Source: Candidatus Microgenomatus sp. (GTDB taxonomy: Bacteria > Patescibacteriota > Microgenomatia > UBA8517). From it: DNA of 64,000 bases. Positions within the stretch are counted from its first letter, which is position 1, and every line of letters begins with the position of its first letter. The position numbers and the translations under genes are program-made. Location: the NCBI GenBank assembly GCA_020724585.1, contig DYGS01000001.1, positions 136,096 to 200,095 of the forward strand, given 5' to 3'. Below the pieces are notes generated by a model, which was not told the DNA's origin, did not search any database, and saw only the letters and a list, made by a program, of their open reading frames with translations. Below, in pieces: positions 27,409-37,223 of the stretch.

Positions 27409-29577
27409 ATGGCTGAAGAGAAAACAAAGAAATCTGCAATGGTTATGACGGTCACAAAAGACCGTGTTGTCCCTTTGGATAAAATTAGAAATATTGGAAT
27501 TATTGCCCATATCGATGCAGGCAAAACAACAACAACCGAAAGACTTCTTTATGAAACAGGCAGAACTTATAAATTAGGCTCAGTTGATGAAGGAACCACA
27601 GTTACTGACTGGATGGCTCAGGAAAGAGAAAGAGGAATAACAATAGTTTCCGCGGCAATTACTGCCTTTTGGGAGCTTAAAAAAACCACATCAGTTGAAG
27701 AAGGGAAATATAGAATTAACTTAATAGATACCCCGGGCCATATTGATTTTACAGCTGAAGTTGAAAGGTCTCTTCGTGTTCTTGATGGAGCCTTGATGGT
27801 CTTCGACGGAAGAACTGGAGTTGAAAGCCAATCTGAAACTGTTTGGAGGCAAGCTGATAAATACAATGTTCCAAGGATTTGCGTTTTGAATAAATTGAAT
27901 TTGATAGGTGCAGATTTTGACAAGTCAATTGCATCAATCAGGGAAAGATTGGGGGCCAATGCGTCGCCGGTAATTTATCCAATCGGCCAAGAACATGCCC
28001 ATAGGGGTGTTATTGATTTAATTACAATGAAGGCTTTAAGTTATAAGGCCATTGAAGACCACGAGCTAATAGAAGAAGAAATTCCTGCTGACCTTTTAGA
28101 TATTGCCAAAAAATATAGAACAGAACTTATTGAAAAAGTTTCAGAATTTGATGATCAGGCTCTAGAATTCTATCTAAATGGGCAAGAACCCGACGAGACT
28201 GTTTTAAAGCGAGCTATTAGAAAAGGGGTAATTCTTGGTAAATTTTTCCCAATTTTTGGAGGAGACAATAGAACGGCGGAGAGCCAGCTTTTGTTGAATG
28301 GTGTTGTTGAATATTTACCTTCACCGATAGACTTATCTGCTGTTTCTGGTACCAATCCAAAAACAGGCGAAACTGAAGCAAGAGAAAGAAAAAATGAAGC
28401 TCCATTTTCCGGCCTTGCTTTTAAAGTTGTTACTGATCCTCATGTGGGTAGACTTGTTTATGTTAGGGTTTACTCAGGCAGTTTAAAAACTGGTCAAACT
28501 GTCTATAACTCCACGAAACAAATACAGGAAAGAATTGGAAAACTTGTTCTTTTGCATGCTGATCAAAGAGAACTTATAGAGGAAGCTTTTGCAGGTGAAA
28601 TTGTTGCTGTGGTTGGAGTTAAAGATACTTCAACAGGACATACCATTTGCGATCCTGCGCATCCGATTTATCTTGAGTCAATATCATTTCCTGAACCCGT
28701 TATCTCTCTTGCGATTGAACCTGCGACAAAATCTGATCAGGAAAAAATGGGTTTGGCTCTAAATAAACTTTCTGATGAAGATCCTACATTTAGAATAAAG
28801 ACCAATCATGAAACAGGGCAAACTATTATTTCGGGAATGGGAGAGCTCCAACTTGAAGTGTTGGTTGATAGAATGAAAAGAGAATTTAATGTAGTTGCAA
28901 CAACTGGTGCGCCTCAAGTTGCTTATAAAGAAACAATCAAGAAATATGCCGAGGGCGAAGGGAAGTATATAAGACAGACTGGGGGGCGTGGTCAATATGG
29001 ACACTGTTTCATCAAGGTTGAACCTAAAGGTAGAGGGGAAGGATTTGAATTTGTGAACCAAATTAAAGGTGGAGCAATTCCAGCTGAGTACATTCCTGCA
29101 ATTGAAAAAGGTGTTAAAGAAAAATTGGAGAATGGAATTCTTGCAGGTTTTCCAATGGTTGATATTAAAGTAATTGTTTACGATGGAACTTACCATGATG
29201 TTGATTCATCAGAAATGGCCTTTAAGATAGCGGGTTCTTTGGGTGTTGAAGATGCCATTAAAAAAGCTGAGATGACCCTTCTTGAACCTATCATGAAGGT
29301 TGAAGTCTTTACCCCTGCAGAATATATGGGGGATGTTATGGGTGACCTTTCAAGTAAAAGAGCACAAATTTCAGGAACCGAAGAAAAGATGGGAGAAACA
29401 GTTGTCTATGCAACTGCTCCTTTGGCTGAGCTTTCAGGATATGCAACGAAGTTAAGATCTCTAACCCAAGGTAGAGCAAGAGCCTTTATTGAGCCAAGTC
29501 ACTATGAAGAAGTTCCTCCACACATTGCAGCCCAAATCGTTGCCAAATCAGGCAAGACCGAAATGCCAAGAGGGTAA
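27409..29577 (+). CDS. fusA: elongation factor G
   Basis: 'GIIAHIDAGKTTTTERLL' (G1) and 'DTPGHIDF'; 722 aa. Confidence 0.97.
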   Translation: MAEEKTKKSAMVMTVTKDRVVPLDKIRNIGIIAHIDAGKTTTTERLLYETGRTYKLGSVDEGTTVTDWMAQERERGITIVSAAITAFWELKKTTSVEEGKYRINLIDTPGHIDFTAEVERSLRVLDGALMVFDGRTGVESQSETVWRQADKYNVPRICVLNKLNLIGADFDKSIASIRERLGANASPVIYPIGQEHAHRGVIDLITMKALSYKAIEDHELIEEEIPADLLDIAKKYRTELIEKVSEFDDQALEFYLNGQEPDETVLKRAIRKGVILGKFFPIFGGDNRTAESQLLLNGVVEYLPSPIDLSAVSGTNPKTGETEARERKNEAPFSGLAFKVVTDPHVGRLVYVRVYSGSLKTGQTVYNSTKQIQERIGKLVLLHADQRELIEEAFAGEIVAVVGVKDTSTGHTICDPAHPIYLESISFPEPVISLAIEPATKSDQEKMGLALNKLSDEDPTFRIKTNHETGQTIISGMGELQLEVLVDRMKREFNVVATTGAPQVAYKETIKKYAEGEGKYIRQTGGRGQYGHCFIKVEPKGRGEGFEFVNQIKGGAIPAEYIPAIEKGVKEKLENGILAGFPMVDIKVIVYDGTYHDVDSSEMAFKIAGSLGVEDAIKKAEMTLLEPIMKVEVFTPAEYMGDVMGDLSSKRAQISGTEEKMGETVVYATAPLAELSGYATKLRSLTQGRARAFIEPSHYEEVPPHIAAQIVAKSGKTEMPRG

Positions 29578-29636
29578 TTAGTCGCTTTGCTCCAATTATC
29601 AATTTCCAATTTACAATTTTCAAAAAATAAATCAGC

Positions 29637-29666
29637 GTGTCATTGCGAACTTTAGTGAAGCAATCT
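29637..29666. repeat. 30-nt element GTGTCATTGCGAAC-TTTA-GTGAAGCAATCT; second copy at 63944-63972
   Basis: 14-nt and 12-nt arms are identical between the two loci. Abuts the relE-like stop codon here and overlaps the secF stop at the other locus. Confidence 0.5.
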
Positions 29667-29668
29667 GT

Positions 29669-29929
29669 TTAACCTTTATAAATATCATGCGTTCCAGCTT
29701 TATGAAAAACAACTTCACCTTTATCTATAAAATCAAAGATAATTCTGTATTTACGATTGATTGAAAATGCCCAATAACCCTTTAATTTCCCAGTTAGTTT
29801 ATGAGTTTTGAGACTTGGAGCAAATGGTTCTTTCTTGAATAATTTTTCTTTTGGTTCTGACTCAATTTTTATAGCTTCAGGAAGCTTCTTGTAACTAGAA
29901 ATAAATTTATTTGTGTAATAAATTTTCAC
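29669..29929 (-). CDS. RelE/YafQ-family type II toxin (mRNA interferase)
   Basis: 86 aa; '...YWAFSINRKYRIIFDFIDKGEVVFHKAGTHDIY' is a RelE/YafQ-like C-terminus. Confidence 0.7.
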   Translation of the reverse strand: MKIYYTNKFISSYKKLPEAIKIESEPKEKLFKKEPFAPSLKTHKLTGKLKGYWAFSINRKYRIIFDFIDKGEVVFHKAGTHDIYKG

Positions 29930-29938
29930 TAATTAATA

Positions 29939-30163
29939 TTAGCGCAAATCTTTTAAAGAATTAAGTATTTTAAATCTTCCTGCTTTAAAATCAGCTCGAC
30001 TAGCTTTTAATTCTCTTAATAATTTTTCTTCTTTCCAAAATCGAAGAACATGCCTAAAGAATTCACTTTTGGTAGCAAAGTTGCCCAAAGTTACTTCAGT
30101 TTCAATTTCTTCAATCATAGGCTTTGGAAGTGATATATTTAATATTGCTCTCATATGTAACAC
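29939..30163 (-). CDS. ribbon-helix-helix (CopG/ParD-like) antitoxin
   Basis: N-terminal 'ILNISLPKPMIEEIE' is an RHH beta-strand + helix pattern; lies 9 nt upstream of the toxin on the same strand. Confidence 0.6.
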   Translation of the reverse strand: MLHMRAILNISLPKPMIEEIETEVTLGNFATKSEFFRHVLRFWKEEKLLRELKASRADFKAGRFKILNSLKDLR

Positions 30164-30221
30164 ATTGTATTACAGGTTATTACACATTGTCAACTGGAAA
30201 GTTGAGATGGCAAGGGGATAA

Positions 30222-30485
30222 TTATTTTCCAAGTTCCTTAGTTCCCACTTGTGATTTTATACATTCTTTATAAAAATCAGTAAAAGCATGGGCTAACTCT
30301 TTTAGTTCACCTGAAGCGTTTTCATCTTCTAGAATAGTTATAGCTTCTTGCTTCACTGTTTCTAAATCAAGTTCTTGATCAAAATATAAGTCAAAAAATT
30401 TATTGTGTGCTTCAAGCAAAGTGATTTCGTTTACCAAACTCTTTAACATGGTAGAATTATAGCATGTTTTTGGGTGTTGACACAC
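30222..30485 (-). CDS. hypothetical acidic small protein (likely starts at M13, 30449)
   Basis: ORF only; Glu/Asp-rich helical protein. Confidence 0.3.
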   Translation of the reverse strand: MCQHPKTCYNSTMLKSLVNEITLLEAHNKFFDLYFDQELDLETVKQEAITILEDENASGELKELAHAFTDFYKECIKSQVGTKELGK

Positions 30486-30506
30486 ATATTTAGCTTCGAA
30501 TATAAT
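30477..30506 (+). promoter_or_regulatory. consensus promoter TTGACA-18-TATAAT upstream of tuf
   Basis: TTGACA 30477-30482, TATAAT 30501-30506. Confidence 0.45.
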
Positions 30507-30515
30507 TTAAGAGTT

Positions 30516-30540
30516 GAGGCAAATTAGCCTCTTGTTTTTT
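30516..30540 (+). terminator. hairpin GAGGC-aaatta-GCCTC + TTGTTTTTT (intrinsic terminator / attenuator) immediately downstream of that promoter
   Basis: Direct reading; stem 30516-20 / 30527-31, T-run 30532-40. Confidence 0.45.
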
Positions 30541-30615
30541 GCCCATTCGGCAAGCTCAGGGTAAAAAAGTAATACTAGACATAAATATATTAAGCATTTA
30601 TAATACACAAATAAT

Positions 30616-31821
30616 ATGGCAGCCCAAGATACAAAACAAAAATTTGACAGAAGCAAACCCCATGTGAATATTGGTACTATTGGTCATGTCGATCATGGTA
30701 AAACTACTTTAACTGCGGCAATTACCACAGTTTTGGCTAAAAATTTCCCCGGTGGAGTTAATAAGGCTTATGCATTTGATCAAATTGATGCCGCTCCTGA
30801 AGAGAAACAAAGAGGAGTTACAATTAATATTTCTCATGTTGAATACGAGACAGATAAGAGGCATTATGCGCACATTGATGCTCCGGGTCATGCTGATTAC
30901 ATCAAAAACATGATTACTGGTGCGGCTCAAATGGACGGCGCGATTTTGGTTGTTTCTGCTCCAGATGGACCTATGCCTCAAACAAGAGAACATGTCATCC
31001 TGGCAAGACAGGTTAATGTTCCTTCCTTAATTGTTGCTTTAAATAAATGTGATGCTATGACTGATCCTGAGCTTTTGGATTTAGTTGAGGCTGATATTAG
31101 AGACTTACTTAAGAAATATCAGTTCCCAGGTGATGAGACGCCTATCGTTAGAGTCTCAGCATTGAAGGCATTGGAGGGAGATGTGGAAGCCGAAAAAGCT
31201 GTTTTAGAACTGATGAAGACAGCAGATTCATACATTCCTGATCCTGTAAGAGATACAGATAAGCCATTTTTGATGCCGGTTGAAGATGTCTTTTCAATTT
31301 CTGGTCGAGGCACAGTTGTTACCGGCCGTGTTGAAAGAGGATTATTGAAAGTCAATGAGGAAGTTGAAATTGTGGGAATAAACCCAACTCAAAAGACCGT
31401 TGTTACAGGGATTGAAATGTTTAAGAAACTTCTTGATGATGCTCAAGCGGGTGATAATGTTGGTGTTTTACTTCGAGGCATCGAAAAAAATCAAGTTGAA
31501 AGAGGTCAGGTTTTGGCCAAACCAAGTTCTGTCACTCCTCATACAGAATTTGAAGCTGAGGTTTATATACTTTCAAAAGATGAAGGAGGAAGGCATACAC
31601 CATTCTTTTCGGGCTACAAACCTCAATTCTTTATAAGAACAGCAGATGTTACAGGTGAGGTTAAGCTGGCGGAAGGCGTTGAGATGATTATGCCTGGCGA
31701 TAATGCAAAAATGACTGTAAAATTAATTGCTCCAGTTGCTATGGAGGAAGGTTTGAGATTTGCCATAAGAGAAGGCGGACACACAGTTGGTGCAGGTGTT
31801 ATAACCAAAATAATCGCTTAA
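30616..31821 (+). CDS. tuf: elongation factor Tu
   Basis: '[15 protein letters not shown]', 'DAPGHADY', 'NKCD'; 401 aa. Confidence 0.97.
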   Translation: MAAQDTKQKFDRSKPHVNIGTIGHVDHGKTTLTAAITTVLAKNFPGGVNKAYAFDQIDAAPEEKQRGVTINISHVEYETDKRHYAHIDAPGHADYIKNMITGAAQMDGAILVVSAPDGPMPQTREHVILARQVNVPSLIVALNKCDAMTDPELLDLVEADIRDLLKKYQFPGDETPIVRVSALKALEGDVEAEKAVLELMKTADSYIPDPVRDTDKPFLMPVEDVFSISGRGTVVTGRVERGLLKVNEEVEIVGINPTQKTVVTGIEMFKKLLDDAQAGDNVGVLLRGIEKNQVERGQVLAKPSSVTPHTEFEAEVYILSKDEGGRHTPFFSGYKPQFFIRTADVTGEVKLAEGVEMIMPGDNAKMTVKLIAPVAMEEGLRFAIREGGHTVGAGVITKIIA

Positions 31822-31855
31822 TTTGAAAGAATAGCTCGTTCATAGGGCCTAATTT

Positions 31856-32158
31856 ATGCAAAGGTTAAGAGTAAAGCTGAAAGCTTACGACCATAGAGTA
31901 ATAGATGAGGCGGCGGTAAAGATTATAGACGCTGCTCTTGCTTCAGGTGCTAAAATTTCAGGTCCGATTCCACTTCCAACAGATAGATCAGTAATGGCTA
32001 TCAAAGAATCTCCTTTTACAGATAAAGATGCTCAGGAACATTATGAGGTACTGATTCACAAAAGGTTGATAGATATAATAGAACCAACTGCCAGAACAGT
32101 TGATGCGCTCTCCAATATGGATCTCCCGGCAGGAGTATCAATTGAGATAAAAATGTAA
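31856..32158 (+). CDS. rpsJ: 30S ribosomal protein S10
   Basis: 'QRLRVKLKAYDHRVIDEA...GPIPLPT'. Confidence 0.95.
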   Translation: MQRLRVKLKAYDHRVIDEAAVKIIDAALASGAKISGPIPLPTDRSVMAIKESPFTDKDAQEHYEVLIHKRLIDIIEPTARTVDALSNMDLPAGVSIEIKM

Positions 32159-32313
32159 CCTACTCCTTGCGAAGATTGGGCAATATTGATATAATTCCAC
32201 AATAGAAAATATGGAGGTGGTTTTAGTAAAATAACCCCGAAATAGATTAAACAAAAGCAGGTGATAAATAGGCGCTTTTGGCGCTTTTTTATTTGGCTAA
32301 ATTTTTAGAAAAA

Positions 32314-33015
32314 ATGGACACATTATTCGGCATAAAAGGAAGGATGACACAAACCTTTATTGAAGGTTTTAGAATTCCTGTAGCAAAAATTAATCTTGGA
32401 CCATGTCGTGTCCTTGGGATTAAGAATATGCAAAAAGATGGCTATTGGGCACTTCAATTAGGCTTCCAAGAAAAAAAGACTTCAAAAAAAACTCCAAAAA
32501 ATAATCAAAACAAATTCAAATTCATAAAAGAAGTAAGATTTATGGAAGAACCAAAGTATAAAGTCGGCGACACGATATCAATTTCAGATATTTTTAAAAT
32601 AGGCGACATTGTCAATGTTTCGGGCATTACTAAAGGAAAAGGTTTTGCGGGAGGGGTTAGAAGATACAACTTTAGAGGCGGACCCAAGACGCATGGTCAG
32701 TCCGATCGTCATAGGGCTCCAGGGTCAATTGGACAAACTACTACTCCCGGGAGGGTTTATAAAGGCAAAAGAATGGCGGGTAGAATGGGAAGTGATTTGG
32801 TGACGATTAAAAACTTACATGTTGTTAATGTTTATCCTGAATTGAATCAAATTGATTTGTCAGGCCCTGTACCGGGAAGATTTGGATCTTTTTTAACCGT
32901 TAGAAAAATCAAATCTGGGTCTTTACATGATTTGGAGAAAGAAACAGTTGCACAAGTTGTTGAGGTTGAAACGCCTGCTGATGAAAATAAGGAGGGAGTA
33001 AAAAATGAAGGTTGA
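32314..33015 (+). CDS. rplC: 50S ribosomal protein L3
   Basis: 'GIKGRMTQTF', 'GKGFAGGVRRYNFRGGPKTHGQSDRHRAPGSIG'. ATG 32314 is preferred over the upstream extension. Confidence 0.95.
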   Translation: MDTLFGIKGRMTQTFIEGFRIPVAKINLGPCRVLGIKNMQKDGYWALQLGFQEKKTSKKTPKNNQNKFKFIKEVRFMEEPKYKVGDTISISDIFKIGDIVNVSGITKGKGFAGGVRRYNFRGGPKTHGQSDRHRAPGSIGQTTTPGRVYKGKRMAGRMGSDLVTIKNLHVVNVYPELNQIDLSGPVPGRFGSFLTVRKIKSGSLHDLEKETVAQVVEVETPADENKEGVKNEG

Positions 33016-33577
33016 ACAAATAATAAAATTGCCAAAAGAAATCGAGGCAAAGATGAATGAAGGACTGGTGGCTCAGGCAAAGAGAGTTTATGAGGATAGA
33101 ATTCATCTTGGGCTTGCTAAAGTTAAAACGAGATCGGAAATTTCTCGAACCAAAAAGAAATGGTATAGACAAAAGGGTACGGGAGGAGCAAGACACGGGG
33201 CAAGATCGGCACATATTTTTGTTGGCGGTGGGGTAGTTCATGGCCCAACAGGGGTTAAGAAACTGTTAAGATTTCCATCTAAAATGAAAAAATTGGCATT
33301 AAATATGGTTTTAACCAAGATAGCTAAGGAAAAAAGACTATTTGTAATTAAAGAAGTGAATAAAGTTAAAAAAACTAAAGATGCGGCAAAACTTGTTGAG
33401 GATATCAGATTGGTATTATTGGCGGATAAAAATAGTCAGGTTTTGAAATATTTTAGAAATTTAAAATCAGCCTCGGTTAAACTCTTTAAAGACTTAAATG
33501 TTTTGGATTTAATAAAAAGTTCCAAAGTTTTAATTGATGCAGATGTTTTTGAAACAAGGAAAGGAAAAGCAAAATGA
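33005..33577 (+). CDS. rplD: 50S ribosomal protein L4
   Basis: 'KKWYRQKGTGGARHGARSAHIFVGGGVVHGP'. Confidence 0.95.
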   Translation: MKVEQIIKLPKEIEAKMNEGLVAQAKRVYEDRIHLGLAKVKTRSEISRTKKKWYRQKGTGGARHGARSAHIFVGGGVVHGPTGVKKLLRFPSKMKKLALNMVLTKIAKEKRLFVIKEVNKVKKTKDAAKLVEDIRLVLLADKNSQVLKYFRNLKSASVKLFKDLNVLDLIKSSKVLIDADVFETRKGKAK

Positions 33578-33846
33578 AAATAAAACCTATTTTTACTGAA
33601 AAAAGTATGAAAGATGCCAAGAATGGAGCATACACATTTGGCGTACTCCCAAAATACACAAAATGGGAGATTAAAAAAGTTATTGAAAAAGTTTTTGGCG
33701 TTAAGGTCGAGGGAATTAGAACACTAAATTACAAAAAAAATATTCAAAAAAATTTAAGGGGCAGAAATAAAGTTAAAAAATCTATCAAAAAAATTTTAGT
33801 GACATTAAAATCAGGAAAAATCGATCTTTTTGAAGAAACTAAATGA
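33574..33846 (+). CDS. rplW: 50S ribosomal protein L23
   Basis: Position and size; 'TEKSMKDAKNGAYTFGV'. Confidence 0.9.
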   Translation: MKIKPIFTEKSMKDAKNGAYTFGVLPKYTKWEIKKVIEKVFGVKVEGIRTLNYKKNIQKNLRGRNKVKKSIKKILVTLKSGKIDLFEETK

Positions 33847-34598
33847 TTATGAAAAATTTAAAAGTGCTGTTAAAGAAAAAATCGGGTAGAAGTAGAGGTA
33901 AACTGACAGTTCGCCACCAGGGAGGTCGTGCAAAAAGGTTTTTAAGAGTGATTGATTTTAAAAGATCGAAAAAGGATATTTGGGCAAAAGTTGAGGCAAT
34001 TGAATACGATCCCAATAGAAATGCAAGAATTGCAAGACTCATCTATTCTGATGGTACAAGAAGCTATATAATAGCCCCTGATGGCTTGAGTATCGGGGCC
34101 AAAGTTATTGCATCGAGTGATGCGCCAATTGAAGCTGGCAACTGTCTCCCGCTTTCAAAGATTCCTGTTGGTCAGGCCGTGCATAATATTGAAATAAAGT
34201 CAGGCAGAGGAGGGCAAGTTGCAAGGGGGGCGGGAGTTGCGGCTTTTGTTTTTGGTAAGGAAGAGAATTATGTTTTAGTTAAAATGCCGTCAGGAGAGAT
34301 AAGAAGATTTAATCCTGATGCCCAAGCGACTATTGGCCAAGTTAGCAATGTCGATTATAAGAATAGGAAGCTTAAGAAGGCGGGACAAAATAGATGGAGG
34401 GGAATAAGACCGACTGTTAGGGGTGTTGCAATGCATCCAGATGCCCATCCTCATGGAGGTGGAGAAGGTAGAAGCAGCATTGGACTTAAGTACCCGAAGA
34501 CCCCTTGGGGTAAAAAAACGGTTGGTAAAACCAGAGTACCTGATAAGTATTCGAATGATTTGATTGTTCAAGGCAGGCAGAGAGGAAAGAAAGTTTAA
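33843..34598 (+). CDS. rplB: 50S ribosomal protein L2
   Basis: '[22 protein letters not shown]'. Confidence 0.97.
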   Translation: MIMKNLKVLLKKKSGRSRGKLTVRHQGGRAKRFLRVIDFKRSKKDIWAKVEAIEYDPNRNARIARLIYSDGTRSYIIAPDGLSIGAKVIASSDAPIEAGNCLPLSKIPVGQAVHNIEIKSGRGGQVARGAGVAAFVFGKEENYVLVKMPSGEIRRFNPDAQATIGQVSNVDYKNRKLKKAGQNRWRGIRPTVRGVAMHPDAHPHGGGEGRSSIGLKYPKTPWGKKTVGKTRVPDKYSNDLIVQGRQRGKKV

Positions 34599-34603
34599 AA
34601 AAT

Positions 34604-34888
34604 ATGAGTAGTAGAAGCAGTAAAAAAGGACCGTTTGTTGATGAGAGGCTAACTAAAAAAATAGCTTCTGGTTTGGGTGTTAAGGAAAAGCCAATAAAGA
34701 CCTGGTCCAGAGCTAGCCAGATTTCGCCTGAGTTTGTTGGCAAATATTTTCAAGTTCATAATGGCAGAGTGTTTATAGATGTTTTTGTGACGGAAGACAT
34801 GGTTGGTCATCGGCTTGGTGAGTTTGCACCAACCAGAACATTCAAAGGACATGGAGAAGTTGTCAAAAGAACCATGGACAAGACTTAA
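34604..34888 (+). CDS. rpsS: 30S ribosomal protein S19
   Basis: '[14 protein letters not shown]...[32 protein letters not shown]'. Confidence 0.97.
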   Translation: MSSRSSKKGPFVDERLTKKIASGLGVKEKPIKTWSRASQISPEFVGKYFQVHNGRVFIDVFVTEDMVGHRLGEFAPTRTFKGHGEVVKRTMDKT

Positions 34889-34900
34889 TTTATTAAAAAT

Positions 34901-35326
34901 ATGGAATACATATCTGAACAAAAATATTTAATTATAAGTCCAAGAAAATTGAGACCTATAGTTGAGATTATCAAAAAGTTAAAACCGAGCCAGGCATTGG
35001 AAAAAGTTTCTTTTATTAAAAAAAGAGGTAGTGAATATCTTTACAAAGTGATTAAATCTGCGATTGCCAATGCTTATCAAAAAGGTTCAAGTGCAGAAAA
35101 GCTTATTTTTAAAGAAATTCAAATTATGGAAGGTCCGAGGCTTAAAAGGGGAAGGCCGGTGTCGCGCGGACGATGGCACCCGATCAAGAAAAGAATGAGC
35201 CATATACGCGTTGTATTGATAGAGCAAAATTCTAAGTTACAAATGTCAAACGCTAAATTAAAACAGCAAGATAAAGTTACAAAAACAAAAAAGAAAGGAG
35301 TCAAAAAAGATGTCACAAAAAATTAA
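34901..35326 (+). CDS. rplV: 50S ribosomal protein L22
   Basis: Position; 'IMEGPRLKRGRPVSRGRWHPIKKRMSHI'. Confidence 0.95.
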   Translation: MEYISEQKYLIISPRKLRPIVEIIKKLKPSQALEKVSFIKKRGSEYLYKVIKSAIANAYQKGSSAEKLIFKEIQIMEGPRLKRGRPVSRGRWHPIKKRMSHIRVVLIEQNSKLQMSNAKLKQQDKVTKTKKKGVKKDVTKN

Positions 35327-35963
35327 TCCAATTGGTTTTAGAGTTGGCAGAACATTGCCCTGGAGATCAAGGTGGTTTTCCAATAATAAAAATTACAAAG
35401 AGTTTTTATTGGAAGATATAAAAATAAGATCAATGCTTATGAAAAAGTTATCTCTGGCTGGAATTATTGGTGTTGAGATTGAGAGATTGCCAAAAAGTAT
35501 TGTTATTGCGGTTTGGGTGTCTCGACCCGGAATGGTAATTGGAAGAGGCGGATCGGGAATAGAAGACCTTAAAAAAGATGTGATGGAAATTCTTAAAAAG
35601 AGCAAAGTTACCAAGGTTGAACAGGTAAAAGTTGATTTTAAAATTCAGGAAGTCAAAAATCCTGAATTGTCAGCCCACTTGATTGCCGAGAAAATTGCGT
35701 CTGATTTGGAAAGAAGGATTCCGCACAGAAGAGCAGTTACCAAGGCTATGGAGAGGGTAATGTCTGCTGGGGCAACTGGAGTAAAAATTGTTTTGGGAGG
35801 GCGAATAAATGGTGCAGAAATTTCAAGAGTTGAAAAGTTCCACCAAGGATCAGTTCCTACACAAACCTTAAGAGAAATAATAGATTATGCTCAAAAACCG
35901 GCTTTGGCTAAAAGAGGCTATGTTGGTGTTAAGGTTTGGATACACAGAAAGGAGGACCAATAA
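35310..35963 (+). CDS. rpsC: 30S ribosomal protein S3
   Basis: 'QKINPIGFRVG', KH domain, 'GRINGAEISR'. Confidence 0.97.
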   Translation: MSQKINPIGFRVGRTLPWRSRWFSNNKNYKEFLLEDIKIRSMLMKKLSLAGIIGVEIERLPKSIVIAVWVSRPGMVIGRGGSGIEDLKKDVMEILKKSKVTKVEQVKVDFKIQEVKNPELSAHLIAEKIASDLERRIPHRRAVTKAMERVMSAGATGVKIVLGGRINGAEISRVEKFHQGSVPTQTLREIIDYAQKPALAKRGYVGVKVWIHRKEDQ

Positions 35964-36003
35964 TACCAATAAATACAAATTGGGCATTATTTAAAATTGA
36001 TCT

Positions 36004-36408
36004 ATGTTGCAGCCAAAAAAAAGAAAATTTATCAAAGATATGAGGGGCAGGAGAAAAGGCCTGTCTTTTCGTGGGAGTGAAGTTAATTTTGGCGATTTTG
36101 GTTTGAAGTCATTAGGTACAGCCTGGGTAACAGCTAATCAAATTGAGGCGGCGAGAAAAGCCATTACACATTTTCTTAAAAAAGGAGGAAGGGTGTGGAT
36201 TAGAATTTTTCCTGATAAACCTGTAAGCGGTCGAGCCGCTGGCAAAAGAATGGGTGGGGGAAAAGGAGAAGTTGAAAAGTATGTTGCAGTTATAAAACCT
36301 GGCAGAGTTTTATTTGAAGTTGCCGGTGTATCCAAGGAAATTGCTAAGGAGGCTTTTGTTAGAGCCTCTGCAAAATTACCGATAAAAACTATAATGGTTG
36401 AAAACTAA
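36004..36408 (+). CDS. rplP: 50S ribosomal protein L16
   Basis: 'MLQPKKRKF...[14 protein letters not shown]'. Confidence 0.97.
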   Translation: MLQPKKRKFIKDMRGRRKGLSFRGSEVNFGDFGLKSLGTAWVTANQIEAARKAITHFLKKGGRVWIRIFPDKPVSGRAAGKRMGGGKGEVEKYVAVIKPGRVLFEVAGVSKEIAKEAFVRASAKLPIKTIMVEN

Positions 36409-36417
36409 TTTAAAACT

Positions 36418-36624
36418 ATGAAAAAAAGCGAAAAAGTTAAAATCAGAAGCATGACAGTTGATCAAATAAAAAAAATTGTCGGCGAGAAAAGGGATAATTT
36501 GTTAAAATATGCATCTGGTGTTTTGGATAAAAATAACAAAAACAGAAAAAAGGTTTGGAGTACAAGAAAAGAACTGGCATTGCTTTTAACAATTTTAAAG
36601 GAAAAAGAAATGGAGGGTAAATAA
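36418..36624 (+). CDS. rpmC: 50S ribosomal protein L29
   Basis: Position between rplP and rpsQ; 68-aa helical protein. Confidence 0.85.
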   Translation: MKKSEKVKIRSMTVDQIKKIVGEKRDNLLKYASGVLDKNNKNRKKVWSTRKELALLLTILKEKEMEGK

Positions 36625-36629
36625 AAAAT

Positions 36630-36851
36630 ATGAAGGTATTTACAGGTATGGTTGTTTCTTTAAAGATGGCAAAGACTATAACTGTTGAGGTTGAGAGATT
36701 TGTCAGCCATCCTGTTTATAAAAAGAGATTCAAAAGAACAAAGAAGTACCAAGTTGCCAGCAGTAAAGAGCACAAGGTTGGGGATGTGGTTAAATTTATC
36801 GAAACCGCGCCCATTAGTAAAACAAAAAAATGGAAGGAGTTAGATAAATAA
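36630..36851 (+). CDS. rpsQ: 30S ribosomal protein S17
   Basis: 'GMVVSLKMAKTITVEVERFVSHPVYKKRFKRTKKY'. Confidence 0.95.
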   Translation: MKVFTGMVVSLKMAKTITVEVERFVSHPVYKKRFKRTKKYQVASSKEHKVGDVVKFIETAPISKTKKWKELDK

Positions 36852-36853
36852 CA

Positions 36854-37219
36854 ATGGTTCAATTAAGATCGATTTTAGTTCCAGCTGATAATTCAGGCGC
36901 CAAAAAATTGATGATAATTGGCGTTCCAGGAAGAATTGGGAAAGTGGCAACGCTTGGCGACACTGTTTTGTGTGTTGTAAAAGGAGCAGATCCAAACGGT
37001 ACTGTGAAAGATCATGAAAAAGTGAGCGCTGTCGTTGTTAGAGTTAGAAAAGAGGTAAGAAGAAAAGACGGAACATATATCAGATTTGATGATAATGCAG
37101 GCGTGGTAATTGATAAGCAGGGCATGCCTTTAGGAACTAGAGTTTTAGGGCCTGTTGCAAGAGAAGTAAAAGAAGTTGGATTTAATAAAATTGCATCATT
37201 GTCAAGGGAGGTTGTCTAA
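36854..37219 (+). CDS. rplN: 50S ribosomal protein L14
   Basis: 'MVQLRSILVPADNSGAKKLMIIGV'. Confidence 0.97.
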   Translation: MVQLRSILVPADNSGAKKLMIIGVPGRIGKVATLGDTVLCVVKGADPNGTVKDHEKVSAVVVRVRKEVRRKDGTYIRFDDNAGVVIDKQGMPLGTRVLGPVAREVKEVGFNKIASLSREVV

Positions 37220-37223
37220 AAAT

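Noticed and set aside
32262-32290. GGCGC-ttttg-GCGCT hairpin + TTTTTT between rpsJ and rplC considered as an S10-type attenuator
   Set aside because: The stem is only 5 bp with a G-U pair. It is possible but too weak to call; noted only.
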